From Pseudogymnoascus verrucosus (Eukaryota), in the NCBI GenBank assembly GCA_001662655.1, contig KV460233.1: a DNA stretch of 64,000 nucleotides; one strand, 5' to 3'. This document shows, piece by piece, positions 14,001-25,795 of the stretch. The stretch's first letter is position 1; each line of letters starts with the position of its first letter. The position numbers and the translations under genes were made by a program. The notes beneath the pieces were generated by a model, which saw only the letters and a list, made by a program, of their open reading frames with translations, did no database searches and had not been told where the DNA came from.

Positions 14001-15866
14001 AGAAGCTCCCGGTAGTAGGCTGGAGATTATAAAACACAGATGAGACTACTAAGGCCATCAGAATATTGAAGAAAGCTGCCACGAGCGTTATGGACGGATC
14101 AGCCCTCAGCCTGGTGAAGCCGCGCCACAAGCATAAGCTGATCTGCTCGAGGTAGGCTAGGGTGAATGGTGACTTCCTTCGTTGACTACTTGCTTGCTGA
14201 GCCTTGCGGGACGCAGCAAACTCGTCGAGATGTTTGCCACCTATGGCAAATCGTTTTTCGTGTGCGTCAAGATCTTGCTTCAGTTGGTAATAATTGGAGC
14301 TGTTGTACCACCGGTCTGCAAAGTTATCTGGGGTTTGTGGAACGACATGTTCGTAACCTGCGCGAACTAAACGCTCTTGTGGGTTGGTCATGGATGTCAG
14401 AAAGTCGGCGTCTGTTTGGCGAGCGGGACAGTCAAAGCCCATATCAAGGAAGTATTGCTTAGCCTCGGTGGTCTTTCCGAAGAAAATTTGACGTCCTTCA
14501 TACAAGAGCAAGACTTTGTCAAATAAGTCGTAGGTGGTTTGGGAAGCCTGATAGATAGAAACACAGGCCGTGGCGCCTAAGAGTTCTGTATTCATTCTAA
14601 GAGTCTTGGCGAATTCAATAGCATTTGCTGCATCGAGACCACGTGTGGAATTATCCCTGATCAATCGTAAGCTTTGTGGAGAGGGACAGCAATACGGCTG
14701 AACTTGTAGGCACTGTGCAAGTAAAATCGATGTAGTCTGGCAACTTGGCGACAAAACAGTGACAAAGGAAATTCAAGATGGGCAAGATTTGAAAAGGTTG
14801 GAAAGAATAGAGTTCAATACTGAGTCTGAGGAAGACTTACCAGCATTGTAGAGGAGCCTGCAACAGAATCGCCTCCGCAATGGTAACGCGCTTGCGTTCG
14901 CCGCCAGATACACCGCGAACAAAGTCATTTCCGACGTTGGTATCCATAGTATGTAGGATTCCAAAGGTGGCCATGACAACATCGCGCATGTGTTTGGCAT
15001 AGACATCTTTTGAAACGCCACCTGGGATTTCACGGGGAGCACGCGCTCTAGCAGCAAAATAGAGCGTCTGCCCGACTGTAAGCTTTGGGAAGTGGACGTC
15101 ATTTTCAGCTGTGTATATGGCCTCGCCCCTGAACTCGTTTTGCATCTGCTTTGCACTAATGCCTGTACAAATCGCGAGTTAGCTGACTTGGCAATTAAAA
15201 ATGCCGGATGAGTTCACCTTGATAGTTTAAGTGTGACCTCTCATCAACGGTGAAGCCGTGAGTTTCGCCAGATATGGCTTTGAGAAATGTCGTACAGCCA
15301 GAACCGGGAGGACCCAGTACAACAAGCATCTCTCCGGCTTCTACTATCCCATCGAGACCTCTAAGAATCTCGATTTTTCTCTTTCCAGTTCCAAGATGCT
15401 TACGTACTAGACCGAGAGCTCCTAGCCAGACATTACCTACAGTTTGCTGATAGCCTGTAGGCACTCCAAAGCCGTAGGCATTGAGATCACGGAAGGCGAC
15501 GCCAAGAGTCCTCTCTGCGTACTTTCCAGGATGTTTTGACCGAAGGGCAAGAACTGCTTTGGTCCAGGCTCTGGCTTCGAAAGCCGAGCCGTTTGGGTCG
15601 AGTGCGCTATTCTGTGGTGGTTGGAAAAGGTTGACATCTACAGTAAGACCAGTATTAGACGAACAACGCGGCATGTTCTTTGCAAGTTGCTGAACGTTAT
15701 AATCGGGTTGAGTCTGTTGTTCTGCACCAGTTTTTCTGGACTCGTCTTCGATCAACTCGATAGAAGACCTTTGACTGCTGTATGGCCACCTTCCATCGCT
15801 TTGAGCAGGCACACTCGCGGTCCGTTGCGAAGCATCGCCGAATACCGATGTCGCCGGAGAAATCAT
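11035..15866 (-). CDS. Full-size PDR/ABCG multidrug ABC transporter
   Basis: NBD1 [18 protein letters not shown] and [13 protein letters not shown]2 [35 protein letters not shown] and NPAEWM. Two TMDs; several short introns. Confidence 0.96.
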
Positions 15867-16684
15867 GTTGGCGTCAAACCTGCGGACTCTACTGAGCAGG
15901 AGAAGGCCAACGCACGCAGACGTTCAAACGGACGAGCGAAGCTGCTAGATAGCAAGTCATGAGATGCAGCAAAGAATCAGACGGATGCATGGTAGACGTC
16001 ACTCAGCTCAAGCAATATTAACAAGGTCACGTTTTTAGCACTACTCATTTGAATGCATGTGCTCACATGCTTCTGGGATTTGGGGGGGAGTGGGTAAACC
16101 TGTTATCGTAGCCATACTGCAACCTGCAGGCACGAGAATGCCGACCGGGAGCTAGATCTAGTGCGGTGCACCATCAGCGTCACCGCGTCCTCCTGTCTGT
16201 CCATGTGCATTAGCACCGGTTCAGGGGTAAATTATTCCTGATGATCCCGACTAGAGTGCCTGATGATCCCGACGCTAGTCTTACATCATAATTCAAACTT
16301 TACCGTGGTATGTGGAACATTGGCCTCGGGATCCATCCTGTACAGTATGGAGACTTTTCACATGCCCTTTTGCTTTAAACGTGTTGTTTCGTGGGGTAAT
16401 CTGTGGGGTAATTCGCGGGGAAACAAAAATGTAGGTCAACATGCTGGACATCGGCCAACTGTTGTTTCACCCTAAGCTACCACGTTAGGAGCTTGCTTTG
16501 ATGTCCGCATCAAGCACATGCTAAAGAGTCCTGTGTAGGGTGTCATATTTGCTAGACAAGTATTTAGACTCTGTCGTAATATTATATGTAGAAAGTTGAT
16601 AATGCTGCCTTCACTGCTCGCTCCTCAATTCTCTTGACTTTGAGTCTCTCATATCTACAAGAACCACAATTATCATACGCGACC

Positions 16685-18256
16685 ATGCATACAGACCCGC
16701 AGCCGCGACTGCATACTTCGGGGGTGACTTTCGTGCAGCCCGCGAAGCACATCAAGCCAATCCAATTCGATTGCTCTGCAGTCGAAAATCTATGTGCGCG
16801 AGTCCATCACTCCGTCGCTCTGTTCTTCCCGATCCGCAGCAGCGCAAATGTCGAGCAAATTTTCTACGACCTCAAACAAGGCTTGAGCCTTACGATGAAT
16901 GAGCACCCCATCATCACTGGAACGCTTCGACAAGGCGATCGTGATGAGTTCAGCGTGGAGATCCCACCAGCGCCGCATGCTGGTGCCTACTTTCACTTCA
17001 GTGACACGAGCAACGACGCAGGATTTCCTTCTTTCGGCGAGCTACAGGAGTGCGGGTTTCCGTATGTGGATGGAGACCTTGATGGCCTCAAGGAGTTCCG
17101 TCCAGACCCCTTTCCTACGAGCGAAGACGGCCAACCGACGTTTGTGACCAAAATCTGCCATGTTCGCGGCGGCATCGTCTGGAGCGGCTCAATCTCTCAT
17201 CTCATCAGCGATCTGGGGCTGGGCACCGCAGTCATGATAAGCTGGGCCAAATACACGAAAAAGGTCACCGAAGCAGCCGGAAAACCTTTAGCGATTCCCA
17301 GACAGTTGCCATGGCCCGACCGAAAGCGACTCCTGCCTGATGTCGAAAGTCTGCTCCAGATAGAAGAGATTGGAGCTCTAAACAAAAACTTGAAACCCTA
17401 CACCGTGCTCGATCCTACAGATCCAGACAAGATGGTTAGCGACATGGGGAACGTTTTTGTCAAGGCACATGTCACCGAGGCAAACCCCGACCAGCTCGAG
17501 TATTTCTTAGAGCCAACGTCGGGCATCTGGAGATTTACGCCCTCCAAGCTCCAAGCCTTAACAGACGCCGTCAGACGCGTGGACCCCGGCGTAAAGCTAT
17601 CCAATTTCGACATTGTGACGGCATTCATCTGGCAGAGGTTCTCCATGGCCAAAAGAGGCAACAGTCCCGGGAATGAGCCCCAGACTGCGCAGATCGTGAC
17701 AGCGATTGACGTTCGCCGCAAGCTGAGCCCACCCTTGCCCGCGACGTACCTTGGCGCTTGTGTGGATCTAGTCAGGGTGTGCGCAGATCGCGAGGTGCTA
17801 GTGCCCCACCAGGATCCATGGAAGGGAATCTCGGGAATCGCAAAAAGAGTTCGGGAGTTCGGTACAGCCTGGAACGAAACAGACTACATGGAAATGCTGA
17901 AGGTTTCTCTCCGCACTCCAATGTGCCCGGGCCTAATTCCTAGAGGTCCAATCGATATGCTGGTAACTGAGCATTCCATGTTCGGTCTGGGCTTGCGGGC
18001 TGATTGGGGAGGTGAGCTTGGGCGGAGCGTCGCGTTTCGTGAGCCATACATTTCGCGCGAAACGCCGCAAGGCGAGGTTATCATTCTCCCAACACAGCCC
18101 AATGGCGACCTGGACGTCATTGTTAGTGCTGAAGAGATCGTCCTTGAGCGACTCATGGCAGACGTCGAGATGTCGATGGTGTGCAAGAATGTCTGCGTGC
18201 GACACAATGTGCTAGAGTCGTTTGCGTCAATGGCGACGAAGAAAGCAAAACTTTGA
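16685..18256 (+). CDS. BAHD/transferase-family acyltransferase (Tri101-like)
   Basis: HxxxD motif (SHLISD), DIVTAFIW, AIDVRRKLSPPLPATYLG, and a DFGWG-like motif ADWGGELG. First ATG at 16685. Confidence 0.85.
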   Translation: MHTDPQPRLHTSGVTFVQPAKHIKPIQFDCSAVENLCARVHHSVALFFPIRSSANVEQIFYDLKQGLSLTMNEHPIITGTLRQGDRDEFSVEIPPAPHAGAYFHFSDTSNDAGFPSFGELQECGFPYVDGDLDGLKEFRPDPFPTSEDGQPTFVTKICHVRGGIVWSGSISHLISDLGLGTAVMISWAKYTKKVTEAAGKPLAIPRQLPWPDRKRLLPDVESLLQIEEIGALNKNLKPYTVLDPTDPDKMVSDMGNVFVKAHVTEANPDQLEYFLEPTSGIWRFTPSKLQALTDAVRRVDPGVKLSNFDIVTAFIWQRFSMAKRGNSPGNEPQTAQIVTAIDVRRKLSPPLPATYLGACVDLVRVCADREVLVPHQDPWKGISGIAKRVREFGTAWNETDYMEMLKVSLRTPMCPGLIPRGPIDMLVTEHSMFGLGLRADWGGELGRSVAFREPYISRETPQGEVIILPTQPNGDLDVIVSAEEIVLERLMADVEMSMVCKNVCVRHNVLESFASMATKKAKL

Positions 18257-18703
18257 ACATGCTCAGTACTGGCATTTCTTTTGACCAAATTTTGGGTAGC
18301 AGGCTATCTCATGGTGTGTAGCGATTTAAGCTTATGTTTGTATGTTTTAGTTTTCGCGGAGGAGTGTTGGAAATTACTGTAGTACTTACTTCTACCTATC
18401 AACCAACACAGCCCTGCAAATACCCAGGGCCATGACAGATTTTTATTTAAAATAAATATGAATTAATTATCTGACCCCTCTCAAAAAGGCAGCTACGCTT
18501 CAAGTAGCGGTTCATCCACATTGCTTGTAAGTTGATGTGCAGTGTCTCTGTTCCACAGGTAACCTCAAACATGTGATTAAGCATTGCGCCATTTTGGGTA
18601 ATATGATGTTTATTGAAGCATAACAAGCTTGCACGAAAATTATTATATCATGCTTCCTTTCCTTAACTAGATATACATTTTGTGGCCATTCAACTTGGAA
18701 TAT

Positions 18704-20180
18704 TCATGTCCTCCTCTCGAACCAACGTGTAAAACCCTCGTCAGCGTCCAGCCTAGCAAGCGTGCTCGTCTCGTATTGCAGCATGACTTCCAGCCCTTTT
18801 CCATCACCCTTCCTAGGAGGAAACATGATACACCTGCCATCAGGTTTTCCCTCGATGTCGCCGATTTGCAGTCGGAACGCCTCACAGCAGCCGCCAAAAC
18901 CAGCCCCAAAGTCTAATGCGGTGTAAGGTATCGATTGTAGGCACACAATGAGCATGTCTGGTCCAGGCCAGCGGTCGACATTCCAGGTTATTGAAGTTGT
19001 TTTCGGAAGCTGCGCCAACATGCCGGCGAGGCGTTGCACGGCTAGGGCATTTACGTTCTGAATAGCGGACCGCACGCGCTGCGTTGCAGATGGTAGGAAG
19101 TCCTTCGACGAGAACTCGGCGGTAGGCATGCGGGCTACAGCGTTCGGCTCACACATGTTTCCCCAGAAGTATTTGGGAACTATAGGGTTAGACATACGCG
19201 CGCGAGCATTAACGGTTATCGACAACTTTGCCTCTGGATATTTGTTCAAGTCAACGTTGCGCGCACGAACGACATGCAGCCACAGTAGGGAACTGATGGC
19301 TTCGCTACCAGAAGGTCTCAGGTTTGGTACTGCGATAGCATCTCTAAGCCGGTTGATGCGCTCCTCAGATATGTAGTAGATTGCGCATTTTAGGTCCGAC
19401 AACGATGCGGCGTCATAATTAGTTGGATTCAAGAACTGTTCGCCGGGGCTGACGAGTCGCCAATCGGGCAGGTCTTCGAGCGAAGCGTGTATATCTGGCG
19501 TGATGATGGTAGCGCGGTCGGCGAAGACAATTGGAAGAGTGCTGGATTCAGGCTCAACGATATTACGGCAGTGCTTCGCCAGCGTTGCATTGCACAAGTA
19601 TAAGCCCAAACCGTCACACACGGTGTGCTGAAAAGCGAGATATCGGATTAAAATGTATGCTGGAACACAAAGATCGTCTACGTACATGTAAAGCGCTCAC
19701 AAGCAGTAAGCCTCCGGGAATCAGGTTGGCTTGCACCCTCAACGCCACCAAAGGCTTGTTCTTTTCATTAGGATTTATTCCATCTATGAGCGTGCGCCTT
19801 TCCAGCTTTTTATAGGGGAAATCAGCCTTTGCGAGGTCTTCAAAGCTTCCATGTGTCCATTCGTGTTTCAAGTGCTCGGCTGTATAGTCTTTAAACGTAA
19901 GACATGCGCCTGAATCTTCTAGATAACGCAGCTCGAGCTCCTCGCGGCTGTTGTTCCGAGGGACGACCGTCGTCGCAAGCTGTGGGATCTCTTGAACGGC
20001 ACAGAGGATCATTCTTTGGAGACGCTTGATTATACTCGCAGTCGTGACGTCCGGTGCCAGGCGCAGACAAAAGAATGCGGTCATGTAACATCGTGGCGCA
20101 ATCTGGTCTATGGGCCCCAAGTCAACCACCTGGCCGACCCATGAAGAAGCGGGTTTAACGACGGTTGTGATAGCGTCCAT
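18704..20180 (-). CDS. BAHD/transferase-family acyltransferase (Tri101-like), 2 exons
   Basis: LGPIDQIAPR N-terminus and QANLIPGG. Removing intron 19685-19628 gives ALH-HTVCDG (HxxxD). Also VNARARM..YFWGN and LDFGAGFG. Confidence 0.88.
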
Positions 20181-21100
20181 ATTTGACTGAGACGCCTTTG
20201 GACGTTCAAAACCTCGATGCGCCGCCGCAAATATTTAAGAATCGCTCCAAGCATGAGTGTCTAGTGATAGACAGGTCGCGGCCAAAATTCATCATATGTC
20301 AGGTCCTTTGGCGTATAAGTCCCTGTAATTTAGTGCCATGTTGTTTCAGCCAGTCTAGTTAGCGTACAAAGCTCCCCTACTTTTACAGATTCGGGCATAT
20401 ATACGGATGTCACAGCACAAAGTCGTGTACCACGCCAGCTATTAGATTGCTTAGGGCTATGGCATAGCAACAACTGTCAGGTGTGAAAAGCCTCATTGAA
20501 AAAGGCCAAGCACTCCTTGCAGGAATTCTACGCTAGAGCCCGGAGCTTATTTAGCTTTGGTGGGGTGTGGCACAACTAGCGTGGGGTGTAAGACTCGGTA
20601 CCCCGTACCCCGCTCGACCTCCGGCATTGCCCCTTTTTTAAAGATTTGGATGCCCTAAAGATATCCCTCATCCTTGCTTCAAATGGATTTTAGAGCCCGC
20701 AAGTGCATTTCCAAGATCTTGATCTGCACTAAGCAAGGATAATGATAACCTAGCAACGACTTTATTCGTCCCATTCAAGCAGTACACCGAGATGCTTACG
20801 CCATTTGCACATGCAAAGCAGATACGCCTCCTCTATCACACACGTCCAAAGTGGCATAAAGATCTTATGCGACTGCAATTCCGAGGTAAACAAGCCAAGA
20901 TTTGTGAGGGGTGAATTTTCTTGCAACACATTGCATGTGATGTTTCAGCGAGATGCTATTACACGTTGTGGAAAAGGCAAAACAATCGGGAAGAACTCAA
21001 GGGCTGAGAGCGACCTATTCTTGAAACTATATTGTGTTTGATTTCCAATCGTGGCATCGTTCTGCGTCAGTGGTCAAATTCTTTAGTAACTTGGTTCAAC

Positions 21101-21733
21101 ATGGCAGCACCACCAACCAAGACCCTTGACGACCTGGATGGCATATGGACTTTGGTGCGCTTGTCACAAGATTCAATACTTCTCGTCATATCTCACGTGT
21201 AATAGAACAAGCGGTTATCCGATCCCTTTGACGAGGTTCTCGCCCTACAAGGCATTGGCTGGATCCTCCGAAAGGCCATAGGAATGGCATCTGTAACCGA
21301 ACAAATCAGCCAAAGTAGTGATGAGCATGGTGTCGAGCATATTACCATCAATCAGACCATTACAGGCGGCATCAAGACAACTCCGGAGCATCGAGTTCAC
21401 AACGACACCTGGGGAGAGGAGTACAGCGACCCCATTTTTGGCCAGTCGAGAAGCCGCCACCGGCGTGTCAGAATTTCTTCACTCAGGGAAGACGACCCGG
21501 TAGAAGGTTCACTGAAAAGGGGTTGGACGCAGGATGTCATTGAAGGAGATGAGCTCATTGACGGCATTGTCGAATCTCTTAATCATGACTGGGTTGCGAG
21601 ATTAGCCTGCGGCTTTGAGGAGATCAAGGGTGAACGAAGATTCGTTCGTCGTACAGTAGTGACAAAAGGCGAGCAAGTGCGACAGTTAAGGATGGTGTTC
21701 GACTTCAAAGCCCCCCTTCCCAACAAGCAATAG
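21101..21733 (+). CDS. Fungal lipocalin/calycin-like protein (family containing pericyclase PydY-like proteins)
   Basis: Intron 21155-21205. The spliced N-terminus MAAPPTKTLDDLDGIWTL-NKRLSDPFDEVLALQGIGWILRKAIG and C-terminal GFEEIKGERRFVRR match the family pattern as I recall it. Confidence 0.75.
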
Positions 21734-22043
21734 CTGAACTTGCATTCTGTCGACTTGGACGTTCAGCTTCAAAGCTGGCTTGATCTTTGCGCTGGTTGCA
21801 TAGTAATCAAAAAGTCTAGAAGGAATTCACTAAATATGCCAAGATACTTCCGTAGGACTTTATAATATTTAGCTACGTTACACTATGGCCCTTCGGACTA
21901 CAGTGTGACATAAGTAAATAATTTTGTATTTACAAACCGTACTGAAGTGTTACCCTTTATGTGAAAACACGAGAGCAGAGTATAGATTATCAGAGGTTGA
22001 CCTAGCATCAGGGGAAAGGCGAGGTTGTGTATTAACCCGTGAT

Positions 22044-22380
22044 TAGGCTGCCCCATGGGTTACCAACCCCGGACCACAGATCACGGGTGGGTCTGAAGCC
22101 TTCAGCCCACGGTCCTCCATCGGTTTCTTGGCAAACGGCAGGTCAATACCTAAATAGTACGCCTACACGTTTTTTATAGAAAAAGGCACCTCATCATGTA
22201 ATAGAATAGTAAGTAATATATAATGGTATATCCTATGTTCCCTTAGTATAGTGTTATATTTAACTAATAACGAGTCGTATTTATAAAATATTAAACAAAT
22301 CCTATAATAAACTATGTTAAATATTTGCTATGTTATGTTAGAATAGTGTTATATTTATAGAATAAAGCCACTTCTTGTGG
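22044..22380. mobile_element. Degenerate DNA-transposon end (hAT/MITE-like) followed by an AT-rich tract
   Basis: Begins taggctgccccatggg. tacacgttttttatagaaaaaggcacctcatcatgtaatag resembles tacacctattttataagcaaaggtactttatcatgtaataa inside the MITE at ~42633-42675. Confidence 0.4.
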
Positions 22381-22974
22381 TTGCAGCTGCTTAATTTGCA
22401 GGACGCGGTTTCTGCTTTACCGCCCGTACACCTGGCTCCATGGGCTCTTGTGCTACGTCCCTACCTTACACCAGGAGAGTGGCTGAAGGGTGGTTCACAT
22501 TCGCCGTCGGAGCTCCTTGTGTCATTGTAGCTCTCCTACCACAACGGATACCAAAACAACTACAAAGTTTCTTCTTTACCGCCTCGCAGGCCAACATCCG
22601 TTACTCTTCAAACAGTCCCTGGTTTATAATTCCTCTGGTCTGCTTTCTGGTTTCCGTTCCTGTATTTTCTATTTGTCCCAAGGTGCCACTGGCAACAATG
22701 ATCATGATAGTCACGACATAATGGACCACCCAGTCGCTCAGATTAGCCACCTGTATAGATATCCTGCGGTCTCCTTGCCTACATTTAGCACCACCTTTTC
22801 CAAAAAGCTTGCCATCTCATGTCCTCAAACATGTTAGCTTGACGGGTCTTTATCTCCTAAAGCCATGATCTTAGTGACTATGCCTGCGGGCTCCTGCGTT
22901 ATTTAAGCACCATAAGTTTATTGTTAAGTTGTCTATTATGTCCACTAAAGCAGTATTAAACCACTATTGATTTT

Positions 22975-23743
22975 CTAAGCTCTCTCTAAGTGCCTTTGAA
23001 TCATCCCTCGATATAACTCCGCCCTCGGCGTCACGTCTTCAATACCAGCAATTTTTGCCTCGTCATCCCATCTCCTTAAACTCACCATCTCGTCCCTCAA
23101 CGGGTCCTGTTCGAATGTGTCCAAGTCCTTCCCTTCGAATGGCCCTCCCTGGAACTTCAAACTTTGCTTCGACGCCTCCGACAATGCATCATAATACGAC
23201 AAATCAACTGCTGTGAGATACCTGGATCTGTCAGCCCCAACTATGCACTCCCCCTCCCCCACTCATTCTCTTTCTAAATCACCCGGAGCAAAGCAAATAA
23301 TAAAAACCGCTCACCTCTTCGCAGCCACGTGGCTCCCAACCAGCTTCGACACCTTGTCTCCAAACCCCAAGCCCTTCAAGTACTCCTCTCCAACCCTCTC
23401 ATGTCCAACTCGACCAACAGAATACTCCCCCATTGACATCCTAACATCCTTTGCATCCTCTATAGGGAGGAACTGGCCAATGTCATGCAGTAGCGCTGCA
23501 AGTACGGTTTCATCATCGCTTCCTAATTGTGTCAGTTAGAACGAATGAGGAGTCGGCACATTGAAGTTATGTAGGGATAGGCGGCCGGAACTGCAACTTA
23601 TACTCACCAGCTTCTGCAGCGGAGTGTGCGCATTGCAGACAGTGCTCGAGTTGACTGATGCTCTCACCGATGTAATCGCTGGTGCCGCGCTCGCAGAGGA
23701 GGCGGATGATCGCGTCGGCTGTTCCTCCAGGAGTAGTTGCCAT
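22975..23743 (-). CDS. PhnZ/TmpB-like HD-domain diiron oxygenase, 3 exons
   Basis: Spliced product has DYIGESISQLEHCLQCA, AALLHDIGQ, GHERVG, HVAAKRYL, LSEASKQSLKFQGGP and LRRWDDEAK, which is the PhnZ ligand pattern. The ORF track shows only the last exon. Confidence 0.88.
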
Positions 23744-24065
23744 TTTGTTTCGACTTTGCTCTTTGATGTAGAAGATGAGGAAGTATTTGTAATGTAAATA
23801 GAATTGTTGGGGATACTAAGTGTTTTTATTCGCGCAATTAATGAACTCTGGTCGTCTATGTTACAGGAAGGTGGGTTGAGTGGCTGGGAGCTAGCCAGGT
23901 TCTGGTTTATTACTCACACAGCGGAATCCACCCGCTTATGGCAACTCCCCCTACGTCCGAAACTCACGGTTAATCATGTTTGGCATTTCATTTGAATTCA
24001 TCATGGCCTTCTATTTCTTTATTTTATTGTTTTCAAATTTGAAGTATAACCTAATATGATATGCA

Positions 24066-24999
24066 TTAAAACTCTATCTGCTTCCCTGAATCAACGGTCA
24101 ACATTGGGCTTCCAAAGCCATATCTAAGTGCACCCTCCTCGTACTTCATCCCCCCCTGTCTCTTGTGCGTAGCTGGCCACAGTTTGGCACGGTCAGCATA
24201 GTAATCATCATGCAAATCTCCTTCACTCTTGCAGTTATAAGTCGCATAAATAGCCTTGCGATCTGAGCTGCTTTTGTTGGCACCACTACGGTGTGCAAGG
24301 TAAGAGCCAAAGATGAGAATCTGGCCTGCAGCATATCATGATTAGCTAGACACTCCCAGAATTGAGTTCAGAATATACACACCGGCTTCCAGTTCGACGG
24401 GCAACCAAGTGTGGTCGCCTGCCCACGATGGCTCAATGCAGTTATCCGCCTTCGCGATGGGGACGTCCATCAGATGGCTACCTTCAACCACTTCGAGGCC
24501 GCCATTAGACATGTTCGACTCGTCCACGGAAACGAGTATCGTCAAATGCTTGATGTTCTTCACATGAGTGTATGCTGTGCTATCGATGTGTGGCGCGAAT
24601 CCCCCGGAGCCGGCGAGCTTATAATTGACTGTGCCCCTTGGTTAGTTGCAGCCATCTTCCTCCTTCAGTGTCTTGGAACGTACTCTTCTCTTTGAAAAGC
24701 AGCATGTCCTCCCCAGCTAACTGGCAAAGTATTCCCAGAATCTTGTCTCCTCGGAGCAATCCATTGAAATCCGCATGGTAATTTGCATAGTTTTCCGTGC
24801 GGCATAGTACGGATTTTCCAGATTTGTTGACTTCTTCATATGGCATCCATGGGGTATCCTCGGTGCGGGGTAGATCATGAACTTCTTGAGCCCATTTCTG
24901 CAATTTTATAGTCTCATCACTAGATAGGACGTCTTTGAGAATCAGATAACCATTCTTCTCAAAAAATGCTCGTTGGTCGGAAGATATGCTATACGCCAT
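24066..24999 (-). CDS. PhyH-family Fe(II)/2-oxoglutarate dioxygenase, PhnY*-like, 3 exons
   Basis: FFEKNGYL, LCRTENY, spliced LFKEK-INYKLAGSGGFAPHID (HxD), NGGLEVVEGSH, and LAHRSGANKSSSDRKAIYATYN (distal His and 2OG-binding Arg). Confidence 0.88.
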
Positions 25000-25252
25000 A
25001 TTTGCAGCAATTTCAAATGGGATTGATGTAGTTGGTTTGGTCATGATACGTGAGGTGCATGCTGTATGTGACTTATAAGACTCAAGTATCAAATCGCGGT
25101 ATAAATCCGCTCGAGCCTCAACAGATTAAAACAGCCTACTTTACCCACAGAATTTCTCGTGTATATTTCTCATCCTTACTAGTTTATTTGGATGGTTACG
25201 TTTAAGATCACCAAGCTTTCGTATGCGCGGCCGTGGCTGCTACCCGAATTAC

Positions 25253-25638
25253 CACGTGTTGGCTGTGTCTTTATGATCGACAGCGCTAAGATAACATAGT
25301 ATCTTATTTTCGGACACTACATACCCCGAATTGACGCACTTTCGGACGAATCGCCGTAGTCGCCGGTATACAACCTGCTCTCTGTGTTCTAATTCTCGGA
25401 CTTCTCGCCGTAGCGTACGCCCAAAGCTGCTAGGTTGCCGTACCCGAGACCCATAACTGCCATTCAGAGGACAAACATCAACCACGTTCTTTCAACCATG
25501 ATCTTTCCACGTTACCCTTTAATCGTTTAACAGACAGGGGATGAAACTATTTGTGGCGTACGATGGCCATTTCCACGGGTCCGATATCCCCGTGTTTGGT
25601 GTAGGAAGTAGTGCGGGAGCTTCAAGGGAAGACACGTG
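25253..25638. promoter_or_regulatory. Cluster of Pho4/NUC-1-type E-boxes in a divergent promoter
   Basis: CACGTG at 25253 and 25633; CACGTT at 25483 and 25508. All lie between the dioxygenase and the permease. Confidence 0.6.
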
Positions 25639-25795
25639 CGGTATGGATATAGCTCTAGAAAAGTATAATCGTGGTGCCACGGCGAGAATTTCCATCAGTA
25701 TTTCTATCGTCCTCGTCGCTCCTTCTTTTGCCATCTAGTCTTTTTTTCAGTTCACCTTGCTTGTCATACTGGAACACTTCAGTGTTAATTTCGCA

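Noticed and set aside
12141..18288. Antisense and alternate-frame ORFs overlapping the ABC transporter and acyltransferase
   Set aside because: Shadow ORFs of real coding sequence.
24146..24160. Apparent premature stop or frameshift at the G7 run in the dioxygenase
   Set aside because: Seven Gs keep the frame (RQGGMKYEEG...); the stop at 24146 belongs to another frame.
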